64,000 nt of DNA from the human T2T-CHM13v2.0 reference genome, Homo sapiens (GCA_009914755.4 CP068257.2:38848001-38912000), one strand, 5' to 3'; positions 1 to 14,927 are shown, numbered from the stretch's first letter. Notes: a model not told the origin generated them from the letters alone. A program made the numbers and translations.

Positions 1-455
1 AAAGTTCATGAGAACCAATGGAAAAACTCTTAGACATGGTAAAGATAATTCAGTGAAGTGACTGAGTAAAAAGTAAAAAGTAAATAGGTTGCCTAAGTAT
101 GTACAAAGAAGCATGCTTTCAGATCCAAGATCCATGCACAATAGAAACAAAAAGCATAAGTATAAAAAATGTGTACAAACCATATGAACAGCACGTTGAA
201 ATGCTTCTTTACTACACAAAATGACCATTGAGTAAGCGGAATGCAGACTCTACTTAAGATGGGAACACAATATCCTAAAGAAAGCAATGCATGAATTAAT
301 CTATATATTTCAAACAACTCTAGCAAAATATGAAAGATATTTTTTTCTCCAGCAAAGTAATCCAGTTTTAAAGTAAACATGCAAAAACAACCAGATTTTA
401 AAGAAAACCTGCCCCCCACCCAAAAAAAAAGAATAAATAAGGTAGCAATCGGTAG

Positions 456-950
456 GAAAAACAGAATCAAGTATGGATAAATGGTGTTGAGGCAACTGGA
501 ACTTGTGGAAAAAACTAAAATTGCATTCCTATCGAATTCATCAAATAAAAACAAGTTCCACGAGATCATGTCCTTTGCTGGGACACAGATGGAACTGGAA
601 GCCATTATCCTCAGCAAACTAACACAGGAGCAGAAAACCAAACACCGCATTTTCTCACTTATAAGTGGGAGCTGAACAATGAGAACACATGGACACAAGG
701 AGGGGAACAACACACACTGGGGACTGTTGGTGGCATTGGGGAAAGGAGAGCATCAGGATAAATAGCTAATGCATGCTGGGCTTAATACCTAGGTAATGGG
801 TTGATAGGTGCAGCAAACCACCATGGCACATATTTACCTATGTAACAAACCTGCACATCCTGCACAGGTACCCCAGAACTTAAAATAGAATATCATTAAA
901 TGTTTTAAAAAGTTGGAAGAAAAAAATAAAAATAAAAAATAAAAACAAGT
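456..950 (+). mobile_element. L1 (L1P-like) 3'-end fragment ending in A-rich tail
   Basis: Matches canonical L1 3' end ('gagatcatgtcctttgctggg...ctcacttataagtgggagctgaacaatgagaacacatggacac...ggtgcagcaaaccaccatggcacat...ccccagaacttaaaatag') followed by A-rich run 897-950. Confidence 0.8.
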
Positions 951-1249
951 TCCAGAGATACAAATGACAAACATAAAATAATGTTATTATTAGACAAAAA
1001 TATGGGAAATTTTGTTTTCTGTAGCCTAAGATAGCAAAGATCTGAGTATGATACAAAATTATGATTCCATAAACAACTTAGAAACTTAACCACATAAAAA
1101 ATAATTATTTACAGCAAAAGCAAAAAGTAAACAAAGTAGGAAAATGTTTTGTAATTTAGACCACAGAAAATAGATCTTTCCTTAAACTGTGAGTAAATCC
1201 TATTAATTATCCATTAAAGAAAAAAATCAACCACCCAAAAACATGATGG

Positions 1250-1960
1250 ATGAGGGACATAAATGGGTAGTTAATTGAAAAGGAAATATGATTGCTAAGA
1301 AATGTGTGAAAAGATGCTGGTTTTCTTCAAAAGAGAGATGCAAATAAAAAACATGAAATGTTATTCTCAACTGTCAGAACGGCAGAAATAATAATGCTGG
1401 GTGACATGAATCAGCCAAAGAGATATGGAAATACACATTCTCATAGTACTGATGGAAATGAAAATGGATAAAATATATACAGAGACAAATTTGGCAACAT
1501 CTATCACACGTTTAAAGTGTATATAACCTTTGATTCAGAAGACTCACTTCTAGGAATTTATACAACAGATATACGGTGCATATGCAAGCTTATTGATTTA
1601 TACGACTATCAGTTACAGCCCTGTTCATAGTTGCAAAAGAATTGAACACAAAATATTCATCAATAAAGGCTAGCTAAGTAAATGAAGTATATTCATAAAA
1701 TAGGAACAATGCAGCTGTTTAAAAGAAAGAAAAAACATGAATGAAGTATTATTCACATAGGCATAATACTTTACCACTTCTGCAAATAAATTATATATTT
1801 GCATATGCTTATACATGCATAGAGTAGCTCTGAAAGGATACCCGAGAAACTGGTGTTTGCCTATGAAATGAGGAACTGTGTGACTATAGGCAGAAACTCT
1901 TAATACAATTGCAAAAGATGAACATTATAACAATAATAATAACATTTTCTAAAATCCCTT
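1250..1960 (+). mobile_element. Older L1 (L1M-like) ORF2 C-terminal/3'UTR fragment
   Basis: Diverged match to L1 ORF2 3' region ('agagagatgcaaataaaaaac...ctcacttctaggaatttatac...gttcatagttgcaaaagaattgaacacaa'); separate from the younger L1 tail upstream. Confidence 0.6.
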
Positions 1961-2479
1961 TTCCAGGACCTGGCACACATACATATGATTCATTACCCAC
2001 AGTAGGTAGCCCTGCCACAAATACTGTGAGGTAGATACTTTATTTCCCTGGGTTCCAGCAGTTTAGAGAAGTTAAATGACCTGCTCCAGGTAACCCAGCT
2101 CTAAGAGGCAGAGCTGGTTTCACACTCAAGCATTCCAGCTCTGGGGTCTGGGGGGAGGCAGGTGTGACAGGTAGAATAATGTCCCAATCCCCCCACAAAT
2201 ACGTTTGCATCCCAATCCGCAGAACCTGTGAATGTGTAAGGTTTCATGGCAAAGGGGAGTTAAGGTTGCTCCTCAGCTGACTTTAATGTAGGGAGATTAG
2301 CCTGGATTATCCACGTGGGTCCAAGGTAATCATGAGTTCTTAAAAGTGGAAGCAAGCATCAGAGCCGGCGATGCAATGTGAAAAAGACTTGAATGGCCAT
2401 TGCTGGCTTTGCAGAGAGAAGGGACTAATGGATTGTGAGTCAAGAGCTGCAAGTTGTCTCAAAAAGCTGGGAAACTCAA

Positions 2480-2640
2480 GCAGAACTGCTCTAGAGCCCC
2501 CAGAAAGGGACCTAGCTCTGCCAACACCTTAATTTTAGACCACTGAGAGCATTTAACGCTCTGGACTTCTGACATCCACAATAGTATGACAATAACTTTG
2601 TCTTAAGCCACTTAGGTGTGTGCTAATTTGTTAAAGCAGC
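2480..2640 (+). mobile_element. Fragment of ancient interspersed repeat (family not assigned)
   Basis: Contains the very common ancient-repeat motif 'ctgccaacacctt...cttaagccac..aggtgtg.gctaatttgttaaagcagc' (variant of 'gtttaagccacccagtctgtggtattttgttatagcagcc'). Confidence 0.3.
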
Positions 2641-3089
2641 AGCAGCAGGAAATGAATATGGCAGAAAAGAATAGAAAAATGACCACAGGAAGATAAGGAG
2701 GCAGTAGGGAGCAGATGGGATTTTTAACCCACGTCTTTCCTCTTGGAACTCCTTCCTGCAAGTTCAGATAAGAAAATTTCATGCAGGGAATATAGGAGAT
2801 CCCAGCCATACCACCCACAAACAGGAACCCAAGAGTACTTCTATTAGAGCCTGGTACAGAGGCTCTCATGATGTGGCACCAAGACCAGTAGCAGAAGTGT
2901 CACCTGAGAATGGGTTAGCAAATCAAATTCTTGGACCCATCTTCTGGCAGCTGGAATAAAAATCTTAGAGCCATGGCTAACACTCTGGTTTGACAAGTCC
3001 TCCAAGTAAGCCTGATGTGATGCATGCCTGAGAACCGCTGGCTTAATGTAGCTCTTGGTTTAGACTGAGCAAGGCATCCAAAATGTTAC

Positions 3090-3440
3090 TGCACATTGGA
3101 ATCACGTGGAGATCTTTAAAAAATTTTCACATCTTTGTTGCACCCAAGACCCATGGAATTAGAATGCTTAGGCAGGGGAGGTGGCAATAAAGATCCCCAA
3201 GTGAACCATATGCATGACAGTTTGAAAGCACTGGTTTAGAGCAATAGTTCTCAATCTTGATACATTGAAACCACTCAGGGCCAATTAAAATGTATAGATA
3301 CCTGGGTTCCATCCCTAGGTGATCTAATTGATTGGTTTACAGCCTGAGTGTCAGGAATCTTAATCCCTAGATGATTCTAATGCAACCCTAAGGTGAAAGC
3401 TAGAGCAGAATTCCCACTTGTAGCACCTGATCAGAGTTAG
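3090..3440. mobile_element. MER-type (hAT-like) non-autonomous DNA transposon remnant
   Basis: 'cattggaatcacgtggagatctttaaaaaatt...cagggccaattaaaatgtatagatacctgggttccatccc...gattctaatgcaaccctaaggtg' resembles MER/Charlie MITE arms; not confirmed. Confidence 0.3.
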
Positions 3441-5221
3441 GTGCCACATGGTAAATGTGGGGGCCAGGAGAAGAGTCATTTCCCAACCCCCAGTCATTTC
3501 TGAAAAGTCAACTGATATTCAACTTTGCAAAATAGAAATGTTAATCTTATTTTTATTCCATATAGTTCAAAGTATTTTCAAGAGTTGATTTATTGTATCA
3601 CTGCAATTGTTGCTACTATTTCCTCTTTGACATACTTTCTGCTATAAGGAGTGCTAGGTTGAACCATCTGAAATTGCTTGATTGGTCCACATTTGACATA
3701 TAAAACAGCAATTTCATATTATTCAGCCTAATAACGAGCATTGTAATATACTTCCTTAGGATACTAAAATGATGGCATTGAGAAGCTCATTATTATTGCA
3801 CACCTACTAGATAATGGCTTGCAAGCAAGGAGTTATCTGGGAATTTCTAAAATGCACTTTAAAAATAAACCCCAAATGCCTAGTTTAAATCACATGTGGT
3901 GAGCTGGACATAGCTGAACATCCAATAACAACTATGCCCAGTGCCCTGATATTCTTCTGTCCATCTCAATCAGCATCAGAAATGCAAGCCTCACTGCTCA
4001 TACCGAGACCACCCGGTATTGCACTGAATGTCTGCTCATTTGTCCAATCACCCCTTCTTCCATCAGTTCTTCCAGTGTGTTCTCTGAAATTCCCCTCCAA
4101 TATCAGCAGCATAGGCTCTGATCATCCCCACTTTCCCCAGGTCTTAACTGAAACTTGGGCATCCTCTGTAGACCCAATCTCACCCCATCCTTTGCAACAT
4201 AGGCTGCTGCTCTTCCTGACCTTCATCAGGACCAGATAAAGAGAAGGTCCATCCTTGGTCCCCATGCTGGCTTTCAAATCACAGATTGGCACCACCCATC
4301 CATGTGCAGGTCCAGACCCCTGCTCCTTAGAGGCTGGTTCCAGAAGGCTGCACCATCATTAACATCTGCTTCCAGCCTCTTTGGCATCCTTCTTGTTCCC
4401 TGAGCTCCATCATTTGTCTTCTCATCCCTAGACACCCATCCCGCAACTGTTGGCCTTACCTCATACTTCACTAGAAAGCACCTCTGAAGGTGAGCACCTC
4501 CTTTTCTGAAATTCCTCTCTTTTCTTGGCTTCTAGGACAATCCCCCTCTAACCTCTCACCTGATAAAATGCCCACTGCTGGTTCTGCTTTGCCATCTCAT
4601 CCTTCCCCTCCAAACATCAACTAGAGATTCTCCAGCTGTTTCCTGAACCATCTGCACACTCTTTCCTGAGGTAACCATATCCATTTTCATGATTTTACCA
4701 TCCACATATGAATTTCTCCCACATTTCTATCTCCCAAGTCTCTCTTTTGAACTCTGCAGCCTGACTGCTTCCTTCACACCTCTACAGAGGTTCTCTGAAT
4801 GCCTTGGAGGCTCCGGGACTGTTCTGGGAACATCAATAAAAGTAAATCAGTAAATCGCTGCCCACATGGACCTTCCTTTCAATGCAGGAGCAGGGAGCAG
4901 GTGGAGCAGGGAGATTGACAAGAAACAATAAACAAGATAAATAAACTAGGTAGCATGTTAGAAAGTGATGAGTACAATGGGGAAAAATAGAGAACAGGCT
5001 CAGAGGAAGGTAGAAACTGTTCACAGTCACTTAAATGTAAGGTTCCCAAAGCTGAGCCTCAGTTCATGACTCCCTCACTTTAGAACCCCCATACACACAA
5101 AGGCATTGCTTTTCATTCTATCTACAAGCACTGTCCAAGCAAAAACAAAACAGGAGTCATTGCGACTCTTCAGTTTTCCTCACTTGCAACATCAGGGTAC
5201 TCCTGTCCAGCCCACTTTTAA

Positions 5222-5642
<421 letters not shown>

Positions 5643-8533
5643 AGAACCATCTTTGAACCATGTAAATAAAATTGTTTTCGTCTGTTTAAAATGCTTAAAA
5701 GTGGCTCGTCTTTGCACTAAAATAAGATCCCAATTCCCTTCATGTACATATAAGATCTTGCAAGATCTGGCATCAGTGTGTCTCTTCAACATCCTTTCTC
5801 ATCAATCTATCCTTCTACTACTTGGCTTGGGATGTGTTGTCCTTTTGCTGCACGAAACACATGAAATGCTTCTTGGCCTCCTTTGCACCTGCTTTTCTCT
5901 CTCCCCACAATGCTGTTATTCCAGTTATCATGAGCGGCTCTTTCTCTTCTTTCAGGTCTGAGCTTAAACGTCTCCCAAAAGCTCTGTTTGAACATTTGAT
6001 ATAGAACTGCATGTGAAAAGGTACCTTCAATGATGAGTAAACTGAGGCACCCAAGTGGGTTAAATCACCTGTTCAAATGGATCCAGATCAACTACAGAAG
6101 CTCTGTTCCATTAAAAATAATGAGACGAGCCATTCATCTCATTTCCTTTAGAGCACGCATGTCCCACCCGTGGCGTGCAGGCCACCCGCGGCCCAGGACG
6201 GCTTTGAATGTGGCCCAACACTAATGTGTAAACTTTCTTAAAACATGAGACATTTTTGCAATTTATTTTAGTTCATCAGCTATCATTAGGGTATTTTATG
6301 AGTGGCCCAAGACAATTCTTCTTCCAATGTTCCCCAGGGAAGCCAAAAGACTGGACACCCCTGTTCTAGAGAATAAAATTATATTCTCTCTCCAAATGCC
6401 ATTACAGCTTACTCTTGAAATACTTGAGAAAGCAACAATGACCCCTTGTTCTGACAACTTGTTTGATTATAAACACGTTTGGTAAAAAAAAAAAAAATAT
6501 TTTCAGCAAGGTTGTCAAATCTGCAGATCTGTTTGTTTTTGAAGGCATAGAAATAAGAGTAGCATATCCTTGCTGTTTTGGGTGACGGAATCATGCCTGC
6601 AAAAATCTCAAAAAGACTGTGAAACATGCAGATGTGGTCACAAGGAGTGCAATAAAAATGGAACTGTTGTTCAGAAAGAAACGCCAGCATCCCACAGACA
6701 TATGTGTGGTCCCATCTGTGATTCTAAATTCATTGCTTATGAACAACTAAGGAGTTGCTGGAGATCAGAAGCCATCTCTGCTTTTATCCCTTCAGAAGTA
6801 AGGCGGCATGCAGCTGGATAAATCTACCCCTCCTAGAACTTGAGACAAATGACATTCACTCCTGTCTAGACCCAAGACCTCTCATGCCAATATCACTTTT
6901 CATTCCTGAAACTCTGATTTAAAGAGACAGGCTCTGAGGCCATCAACAGTTCCTACCTGATGGTTGATTGTTGATCCACGTAGCCCCAGGGTTACAGCAC
7001 TGGAAGAGACCATGTACTTTAGACCCAAGCTTGAGAGCCTGAGTCCCCTCCATGGCAATTCTAACAAGTGTGTTTCCATCTCCCTGCTTGAGTACTCACA
7101 GTGATGGGCAACTCACTGCTTATCAAGGCAGTCCATTTTTAAAAATAGTTTTTAATAATAATTTATTTCTTAAATGGACTTGAAACTGTTTGTTTGTTTT
7201 GTTTTGTTTTTTCAGCTTCCGTTTCTCCCTGCACTGTCCAGGTAAGGAATGTGATCCTATGACAAAGAATCCCTTCTGACCTCTGAAGACAGCTAACACA
7301 CCTCTTTTCTTTTTTCCTCCAATTTAAATGCCTTCACTTCATTGAGGGTAACATGTTATAAATTTCTATGGGACCACCTCAAAGGGCTTTTGCATTGCTG
7401 AGAGTGGACAAGGTTCCAATGATACTGTGGCTTCTCCCGGACAAATACATGCATTTGATTTTTGCCAGTTTCCAAAAACACTTACAAGAACTGAGTTGAA
7501 CCTGGCTATCACTTTTCAAATTTACATTGTTTTCCTAATGCAATTACATTTTTTTCTTGTTTATTTCACTTTGTTCATCTGTTGATTATTTTTAAATGCC
7601 TATACTTTCAAGAAGTTTAAAATAACTAGATCTTGAGAACCTAGAACATAAGCCAAAGATGTATGTCTGTAGCTAAAGATATTTTGGCCACCAGAGGGCT
7701 CCCAGATTTTGATCATTATTACTCTACCTGTATTTAAACAATCAAGACAATTAAGTGGACTTATAGAAACAACAAATTTAAATATAAGCTGTTTCTGACA
7801 CAAAGATAGGTCACAAATTTTTAGAAACAATTTTATTTGCCTTTGCCTCTTAATTCCAGCACATTAACTTCTTAAACACTGTGCATATACACAATGATTT
7901 AATCCCCACAATCTTCTTAAACACACACACGCACACAAAGATTTAATCTACAAAATAATTAGTCTTGATCTCTGTAAACACATTTAAATGTTTTATGACT
8001 TACTTGTCTATATCTGCAGAAGTTTTCAAATGACTATTTTGTGTGGAAAGAATAAGTGTTCTGTTTTCAGGAATATGTAGCTTTCTAAAAGTACGTATTT
8101 AGAAGTATGAATGATGGCATAAAATTGACTTGTATATAAAATTGATTAAAAAATAACGCTTAATGTCAGGAAGTGTAAGAGAAGAATCAACACTTTTATA
8201 CATACTTTCCAGAAATGAAACTTAATAATTTGATATGTCTTTGAGGGTAATTTGTTAAAATATGGAATATTGTAAAATGTACACGAATTTATAGTAAGCA
8301 GTAACTTATCTAAGAATTGATTAAAAAATACACAAATATTGGGATTTTATAAGCAATTTTAAAAATAGTAAAAGTAAAGGAATAAGGACTAAAATGTCAT
8401 CAATTATGTGAGGGGAAAATAAATCGTGGGACCCCAAAATCACTAAGCCCAAGGGAAAAGTCAAGCTGGGAACTATATCAGGCAAGCTTGCCTCCCATTT
8501 TATTCCAAAATAAGATAGCTACAAAGATTAACC

Positions 8534-8554
8534 AAAAAAAAAAAAAAAAAAAAA
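8534..8554. repeat. poly(A) tract, about 21 bp
   Basis: Uninterrupted A run. Confidence 0.9.
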
Positions 8555-11167
8555 CTACATAGCTCCCTCACAATTTGCCCACTAGGAAATTCCTTGCGGG
8601 CCCCAAGATCTTTACCCTAAAATAGTTCTGTTGCATTTCACCCTGACGAGATAAATTGATAGCTTATCTTCACAGGTGCGGGACGAAGGACAGAACTCAG
8701 TCATTCCTCTGCCCATCTGAGACAAATGCACATCTGATTTGCTTCCTCTGCCCTATGTTTATTTTATCTTATGTAAAAATAAAGATTCACTGAAATTTAA
8801 AATTCTCTTTCTCTTTCCCCAATATCTGCCCTTTCTCCTTTAAATCCCCAAACCCTCAAAATCATCTTTGGAGGAAGGCACAGACCTGTGTCCTGGGTGC
8901 ACCTCCTCAATCGATTGAGACCTGTCTGAGATACTTTTTGGTTTGTAATAAGAAACTAGTTAATTTCATAGCAGAGACAGAGAGAGGAGGAAGAGAAGGA
9001 GCGAGAAGAGAAAGGAAGAGAAATACACTATTTCAGAGACTTATAATATTTCAGGGTTACTATGAAATGTCCATGAACTCAAGCTCAACAATCTGAAGTC
9101 AGGGAGTAAATGGAAAAACAGCAAATATTGCACACAGGATTGGGGAGGGGGAGGCCTCAAAGGTTTTGGGGTTTGGAGTGGGGCAAGGGCTGAACAAGGA
9201 GGGGTTTCCTGAAATTCTGCGTCCTCGTGCCCCGCCTGCACATTCAGCTGCACATTATGCTGCTTCCAGAAGCATCTCGATAGCCTAAGGGGTTTATTCT
9301 CTGGCTAAACTGAAACAGATTATTGGGTATTTAAGATGGAAGTGTAGATATTTTCTGAAAGTTAGTATAAAGAAAAGAACCAAAAGTCGAAAATTTCTGA
9401 ACTGTCAAAAAGGAGGAGATTTGTACAACAAAATAATAAAGATTTAAAAAAAAATTACCTCCATCCAGGAGGTCTGTTTGAACAGTAGAAATTCCAGCGG
9501 GAGAGAAAGGTGGAAAGAGTAGGAATGGTATCATCCATAAAGAAATACAGGGAAATCACCCTACATTGAGGGGCAGGAGTGTTTGCATTCCAAGATGCCA
9601 CTCAGTGCCCAGCACACTACAGCCACACACACCTTCATAAAGTTACGGGACTTCAGGAATAAAGAGAATGGCCTCAACACTGCCCACCCAAAAGGAAGAA
9701 AGTGAACTTACACCCGAAGGTCAGCAATCAGAACTATAACAACCCCTACCCTGGCAGCTAAAAGACAATGGAGAAATCATTCCCTTTGCAATTTTTAAAA
9801 TTTCTAAGATAAAAATTACTTCCAAACTTATATTCTTTTTGCAAACATAAGTTCTTAAAAATGTTCTTCTCATGCATCCTTTCTCAGAAATGATGGATGG
9901 TATGTCCCGCTGAAAGGAGGGAGAAAAAAAGACATGGGAAAGCACAGGATTTAGGAAATAGGAAATCCAGCATAGGGGAGACATGAGAAGAATACTTAAG
10001 GTGGCAGCCCCTTCAGATTGGAGGCTGGTAGAGGGGCTCCTGGAGCTGTCTCTGCTGGAAAAACAAAATAGAATAAATTCCCTGACAAAGTTGAACATGT
10101 GGAAAATCATTTTGTGCTTTGAAGTGTGGAAATGTTAGATGTTTAAAGCAAAAAGGAAAAATGTAATCATAGCACACAACTTGGCTTGACACTTAATATT
10201 TACATGATTATAATAGATTTAACTAAAATGTAAGACATACTGGGAGGATGGGAATATGGGCAAAGTGACCTAAATTTCTGAACCATCACAATATGAAGTC
10301 AATAAATACATGAATAAGATTGAAAAAAATTAAATACCAGAAATTTAGTTAAAAAATAATGAGAGTGATTTCTTCGTGGGAGGAAAACGGGGAATGCATT
10401 CTCAGTTTTTTGTTGTTATAATTTCTTTATAACCATATGACATTAAAATTATTTGCATGTAGTGTTTGACTAAAAAATTTAACAATGAGGCATATGTAGT
10501 CCATGGAAAAGTGCTGTAATAGGTTCAGTGGAAAAAACGGTTTTAGAATAATGTAATCCCATATATTTTCACTGCAAAATGAAAGGAGAAATCTATTCCA
10601 ACATGTTTAAAATGTTAATCTCTGGGGCATAGAATTACAGGGGCCTCTTTTATCTTAATAATCATTTCTGTCTTCTGAGTATAGCACATCAATTTTTAAC
10701 CTCAATAAACCACAATGACGTAAGTCATGTTATAATTAATATAAAATAATCAAATTGGTATGTTTTATTTCAAGTTTGGATGCAAAAGAAAAAAATTGTG
10801 TAACTTAATACACAAAGCTTTTCAGCCAATGAGGATTCAGTAACTACGACTAAAACCAAGAGTGCTGTGAGCTCATTAATGTTACGTGTCTGCCTTGCAG
10901 GAAAAAGCTATGGAAACACAATATTAAAGAACCTTGGATCCTAAACTGTATGCCACGGAAACGTGGCAGGCTTACAATAACGTCCTGCCAAAGCCACCTG
11001 TGCCATTTGGTGCCTCCCTCATTGGAGCAAGGTTTGCTTCTGCGAGGCTGTCCAAGAGTCCAAGAGCTTTCTGCCCTCTCTTCTCCAGCGCCTTCAACTG
11101 AACAGCATTTTGAGCCCAACACGAAGCTTACTCTTAGTCATGCACCTGAAGTGTTTTGTTTATTAGG

Positions 11168-11456
11168 TTTTTGAGACAAAGTCTTCTCTGTCACCCAGGC
11201 TGAAGTGCAAAGTGGCATGATTGTTGGCTCACTGCAGCCTTGACCTCCCCAGCTCAAGAGATCCTCCCACCTCGGCCTCCCAAGAAGCTGGAACTACAGG
11301 TTTGCACCACCATGTATGGCTAATCTTTGTATTTTTTGTAGAGAGAGGGTTTCCCCATGGTGCCTAGGCTGGTCTTGAACTCCTGGACTAAAGGGATCCT
11401 CCTGCCTGGATCTCCCAAAGTGATGGGATTACAAGTGTGAGCCACCTCACCTGGGC
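11168..11456 (-). mobile_element. Alu SINE (older, AluJ/S-like)
   Basis: 'ttttgagacaaagtcttctctgtcacccaggctgaagtgcaa...ctcccaaagtgatgggattacaagtgtgagccacctcacctgggc', diverged, CpGs decayed. Confidence 0.9.
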
Positions 11457-12377
11457 ATTTATTAAAAATTACTATTATTATGGCTAACAAAGAACTTGCA
11501 ATATTGATTCAGTAGTCTTAGAATGCCACATGTAGAAGACAAATTACAAATTATTTTTGTCTAGCAATTTTCTTTTCATTACAGACATTTTCACGGTTTT
11601 CCTCCCTAGACCCTAGCTGTCATATTCCATTTTCTCTAGCCATTTCTTTACTGGTATTTTTCTCCCTTTAATGTGTCAGAGCGGATAAAAACATAAGTGG
11701 TAAAGATTCAGAAACGGTAGCTTTCTTTCTCTAAGGTTTAGCATAACCAACATGAACTTCAAGCAGTTAGCTGCAAATTATCTCATCAACTCGAGCACTT
11801 TACTTCTAAAGTTCTGACCAATCCTGCAGAAAAAGTCATCTGTTTGTGTGTCAGAGAAATATGCTTATGTCAACTCTAAGAAACCACATTAGGGAAGGAA
11901 GCAGGGGGAAGTGAACTTCACTAGGTAGAGGCCTTTGGGGCCACTCCTTCCTTCCACAACTATGGGGCTCTATGCCTCCAGCCACCACAGCTAGGCAGTG
12001 GTAGGGCAGGTTCTAGATCTTAGGTGCAGCAATTTTAACCCAGTGCTTTTAAAACAACATCAGTAACTGATTATGCATGAGACAGTACTAGGGTTACAGT
12101 CTGCTCCGAGGGCTTGGCCAAGATTTAATAATGTAATCCTCCACAACAACCTGATCAGCTGGCTATGATTTTTTTCTTATTTTATTGCTGGAGAAACTGA
12201 GGCAACAGAGTGTAAACCACCTGCCCAAGGACACGCAGCTGGAAAGTTCTGGAGCCAGCACTGGCTCCCAAGTAGCCTGGTTTCACACTCCTACGCAGCT
12301 ATTACACAAGCTCTGACTTAGGAGTGATCTGCTCTACCATTTTATCAGTGGGGACAGCAAACAGGAGCAGAGATTTT

Positions 12378-12695
12378 ATTTTACTTTACTTAATTTTTAT
12401 TTTTATTTTATTATACTTTAAGTTCTAGGGTACATGTGCACAATGTGCAGGTTTGTTACATATGTATACATGTGCCATGTTGGTGTGCTGCACCCGTTAA
12501 CTCGTCATTTACATTAGGTATATCTCCTAATGCTATTCCTCCCCGTTCTCCCCATCCCACAACAGGCCCCAGTGTGTGATGTTCCCCTTCCTGTGTGCAA
12601 GTGTTCTCATTGTTCAATTCCCACCTATGAGTGAGAACATGCGGTGTTTGGTTTTTTGTCCAAAACAGAGATATAGACCAATGGCACAGAAAGGA
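12378..12695 (-). mobile_element. 5'-truncated L1 (L1PA-like) 3'-end insertion, about 300 bp
   Basis: Reverse complement of L1 3' end ('tttaagttctagggtacatgtgcacaatgtgcaggtttgttacatatgtatacatgtgccatgttggtgtgctgcacccgttaactcgtcatttacattaggtatatctcctaatgc...cccacctatgagtgagaacatgcggtgtttggttttttgtcc') preceded by T-rich tail; 'aggagcagagatttt' direct repeat at about 12363 and about 12696 (putative TSD). Confidence 0.85.
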
Positions 12696-14189
12696 GCAGA
12701 GATTTTCTAAACACCATGTTACTTGCCCAGTGACAGAGCTGTCCAGAGCTCAGCCTCCCAACCCTCCTCTCTTTGTGGCAGTTTTAGTTCATTACATCAC
12801 TTAAATGTCAATGGAATGAGAATGTGTCTGTGCATAAATACGGTGAATGTGGACACTTCATTCTTCAGTGCTTAGACTCAGAACAGATGATGTCACATTT
12901 TAAAATACGTGTTCTGAAGAAGATGGGTGTACATTACCTTCATACTGAATCAAATTTTAAATTCACTAATAACTATTGAAAGCAATCCAGAAGCAAACCT
13001 GTAAAACTAAAGAAAACTTTTAGGAAATAATCATATTTTAATCTATCATATATAAATTCTAATTTTCCTAATTGTTAAAATTTTAATGGAGGTACACATG
13101 CATTTGTTGTATTGGATATACTGTTTCCCAAATGGGAAAAATCATAGTAAAACTTCATTTTGAAATAATGTTATTTTGGATTTGTAATGACCAAAATCAT
13201 TAGGAGCTTAGAGCTTTAAGGTGATATTGCAGATAGTTCAAAATTAAATGGATGGACAGTCGATTTGGTTTGTTTCACTTGTGTGTCTGTTTTGGAGGAG
13301 TGGTTTTTTTAAATGGTTTGTGTGTTTAAATGTAAAGTTTTTTTAAAAAGACCTCATACTCATTTCTCAGAGCAATTATCTGAGGTGTGTCACATTCCAT
13401 CCCCTTCTAGAATAACAATTCTCCCAATATGCATGTGTGATGCAGAAACCAGGTGCCAGTTAATGCACATCACTGTGTGGAGAGAAACGAGAAGAGAAAG
13501 GGTGTTTGGCCATGCTGATGGTGCAAACACAGCTGTGCACTTCATATTTTTGTTGCTAAGGTCATATGGGTCAGCCCTCTCAGTGGGCTACAAACCCATT
13601 TCCCTGGCAAAGCGGACGGTCCATACGGGGCACGGATTTATTTGAGGAGAAGTATCCATGTTGTTCTGGGGGAATAAAGGGGCTGTTCACCAACCAGGCA
13701 GAGACCTTCCTAAAAAGCAGCCATGGCAACTCAGTTTACCTGCAAGCAAGAATTGCCAGCTACGGCTAGGTAACGGCTCTTAACTTTTTAAAAACTAAAG
13801 GAGAGCAGAATGAATTAGAAAAGCAGAATGTGCTGCAGGCACAAAGAGTGGCACCAAGAGTGGCACATTCATTTTGGACCTAGAGGTGGTTAAGGTTATA
13901 CTGCATGTACAATTTGAATAGACAAAGGCAAGTACTGGAATTAATTACAAAGCTTATTGGGAATCCACCAGTGACATAGGCAGTAACTAAATCAAGAGGG
14001 GGCTGAGAAGCCATCTGACAATAACGGCCAACCTAATGGCTGCCATGCTTTCCAACATGATAGACTGCGGATGCCGACCCCTTAGATAATAGCCTGGTGT
14101 TAACACCAGCGCAAATATGACCAAAACTGAGGGCTCTGAAATTGGGCAGCGGTCACCTATCAGGTAGATCATACAGGTTCTATGTGTTA

Positions 14190-14570
14190 CAGAATGTGCA
14201 TATACAACTATTGTCAGATTTTGTTATGGGCTGCATGATGTCCCTCCAAAATTCATGTTGAAGTCCCAACCCCCAGTACCTCGGGATAAGGTATTTGGAC
14301 ATAGGGCCTACAAAGGGGTGATTAAGGTAAAGTGAGGTCATCAAGATGAGCCCTAATCCAGTATGACTGGTGTCATTGGAAGAGGTGGAAGTGAGAACAC
14401 AGACACACACGGAGGACAACCACGTTAGGACACAGAGAGGAGGTGCCATCTACAGTGTTGGAAGGAACCACCCTGCTGATAGCTTCGTCTTGGACTTAGA
14501 GCCTCCAAAACTATGAGAAAACAAATGACTGCTGTTCAAACCCCTGCTCAGTGGCATGTTTTTGTGGCAG
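14190..14570 (+). mobile_element. Ancient interspersed repeat (family not assigned)
   Basis: Classic old-repeat motifs 'atgttgaagtcccaacccccagtacctc...ggtgattaaggtaaagtgaggtcatcaagatgagccctaatccagtatgactggtgtc...cttggacttagagcctccaaaactatgag...gtggcagccctagcagatgaatg'. Confidence 0.4.
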
Positions 14571-14599
14571 CCCTAGCAGATGAATGCAGACGATCATCA

Positions 14600-14927
<328 letters not shown>

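Noticed and set aside
6150-6200. CpG-rich 'gcacgcatgtcccacccgtggcgtgcaggccacccgcggcccaggacggc' motif
   Set aside because: It resembles a segment of a known interspersed-repeat consensus (a MER/LTR-type element with a 'gggccgcatgcggcccgcgggccg'-like core). I cannot name the family confidently, and it is only a single short patch, so I treat it as a probable repeat fragment rather than a regulatory element.
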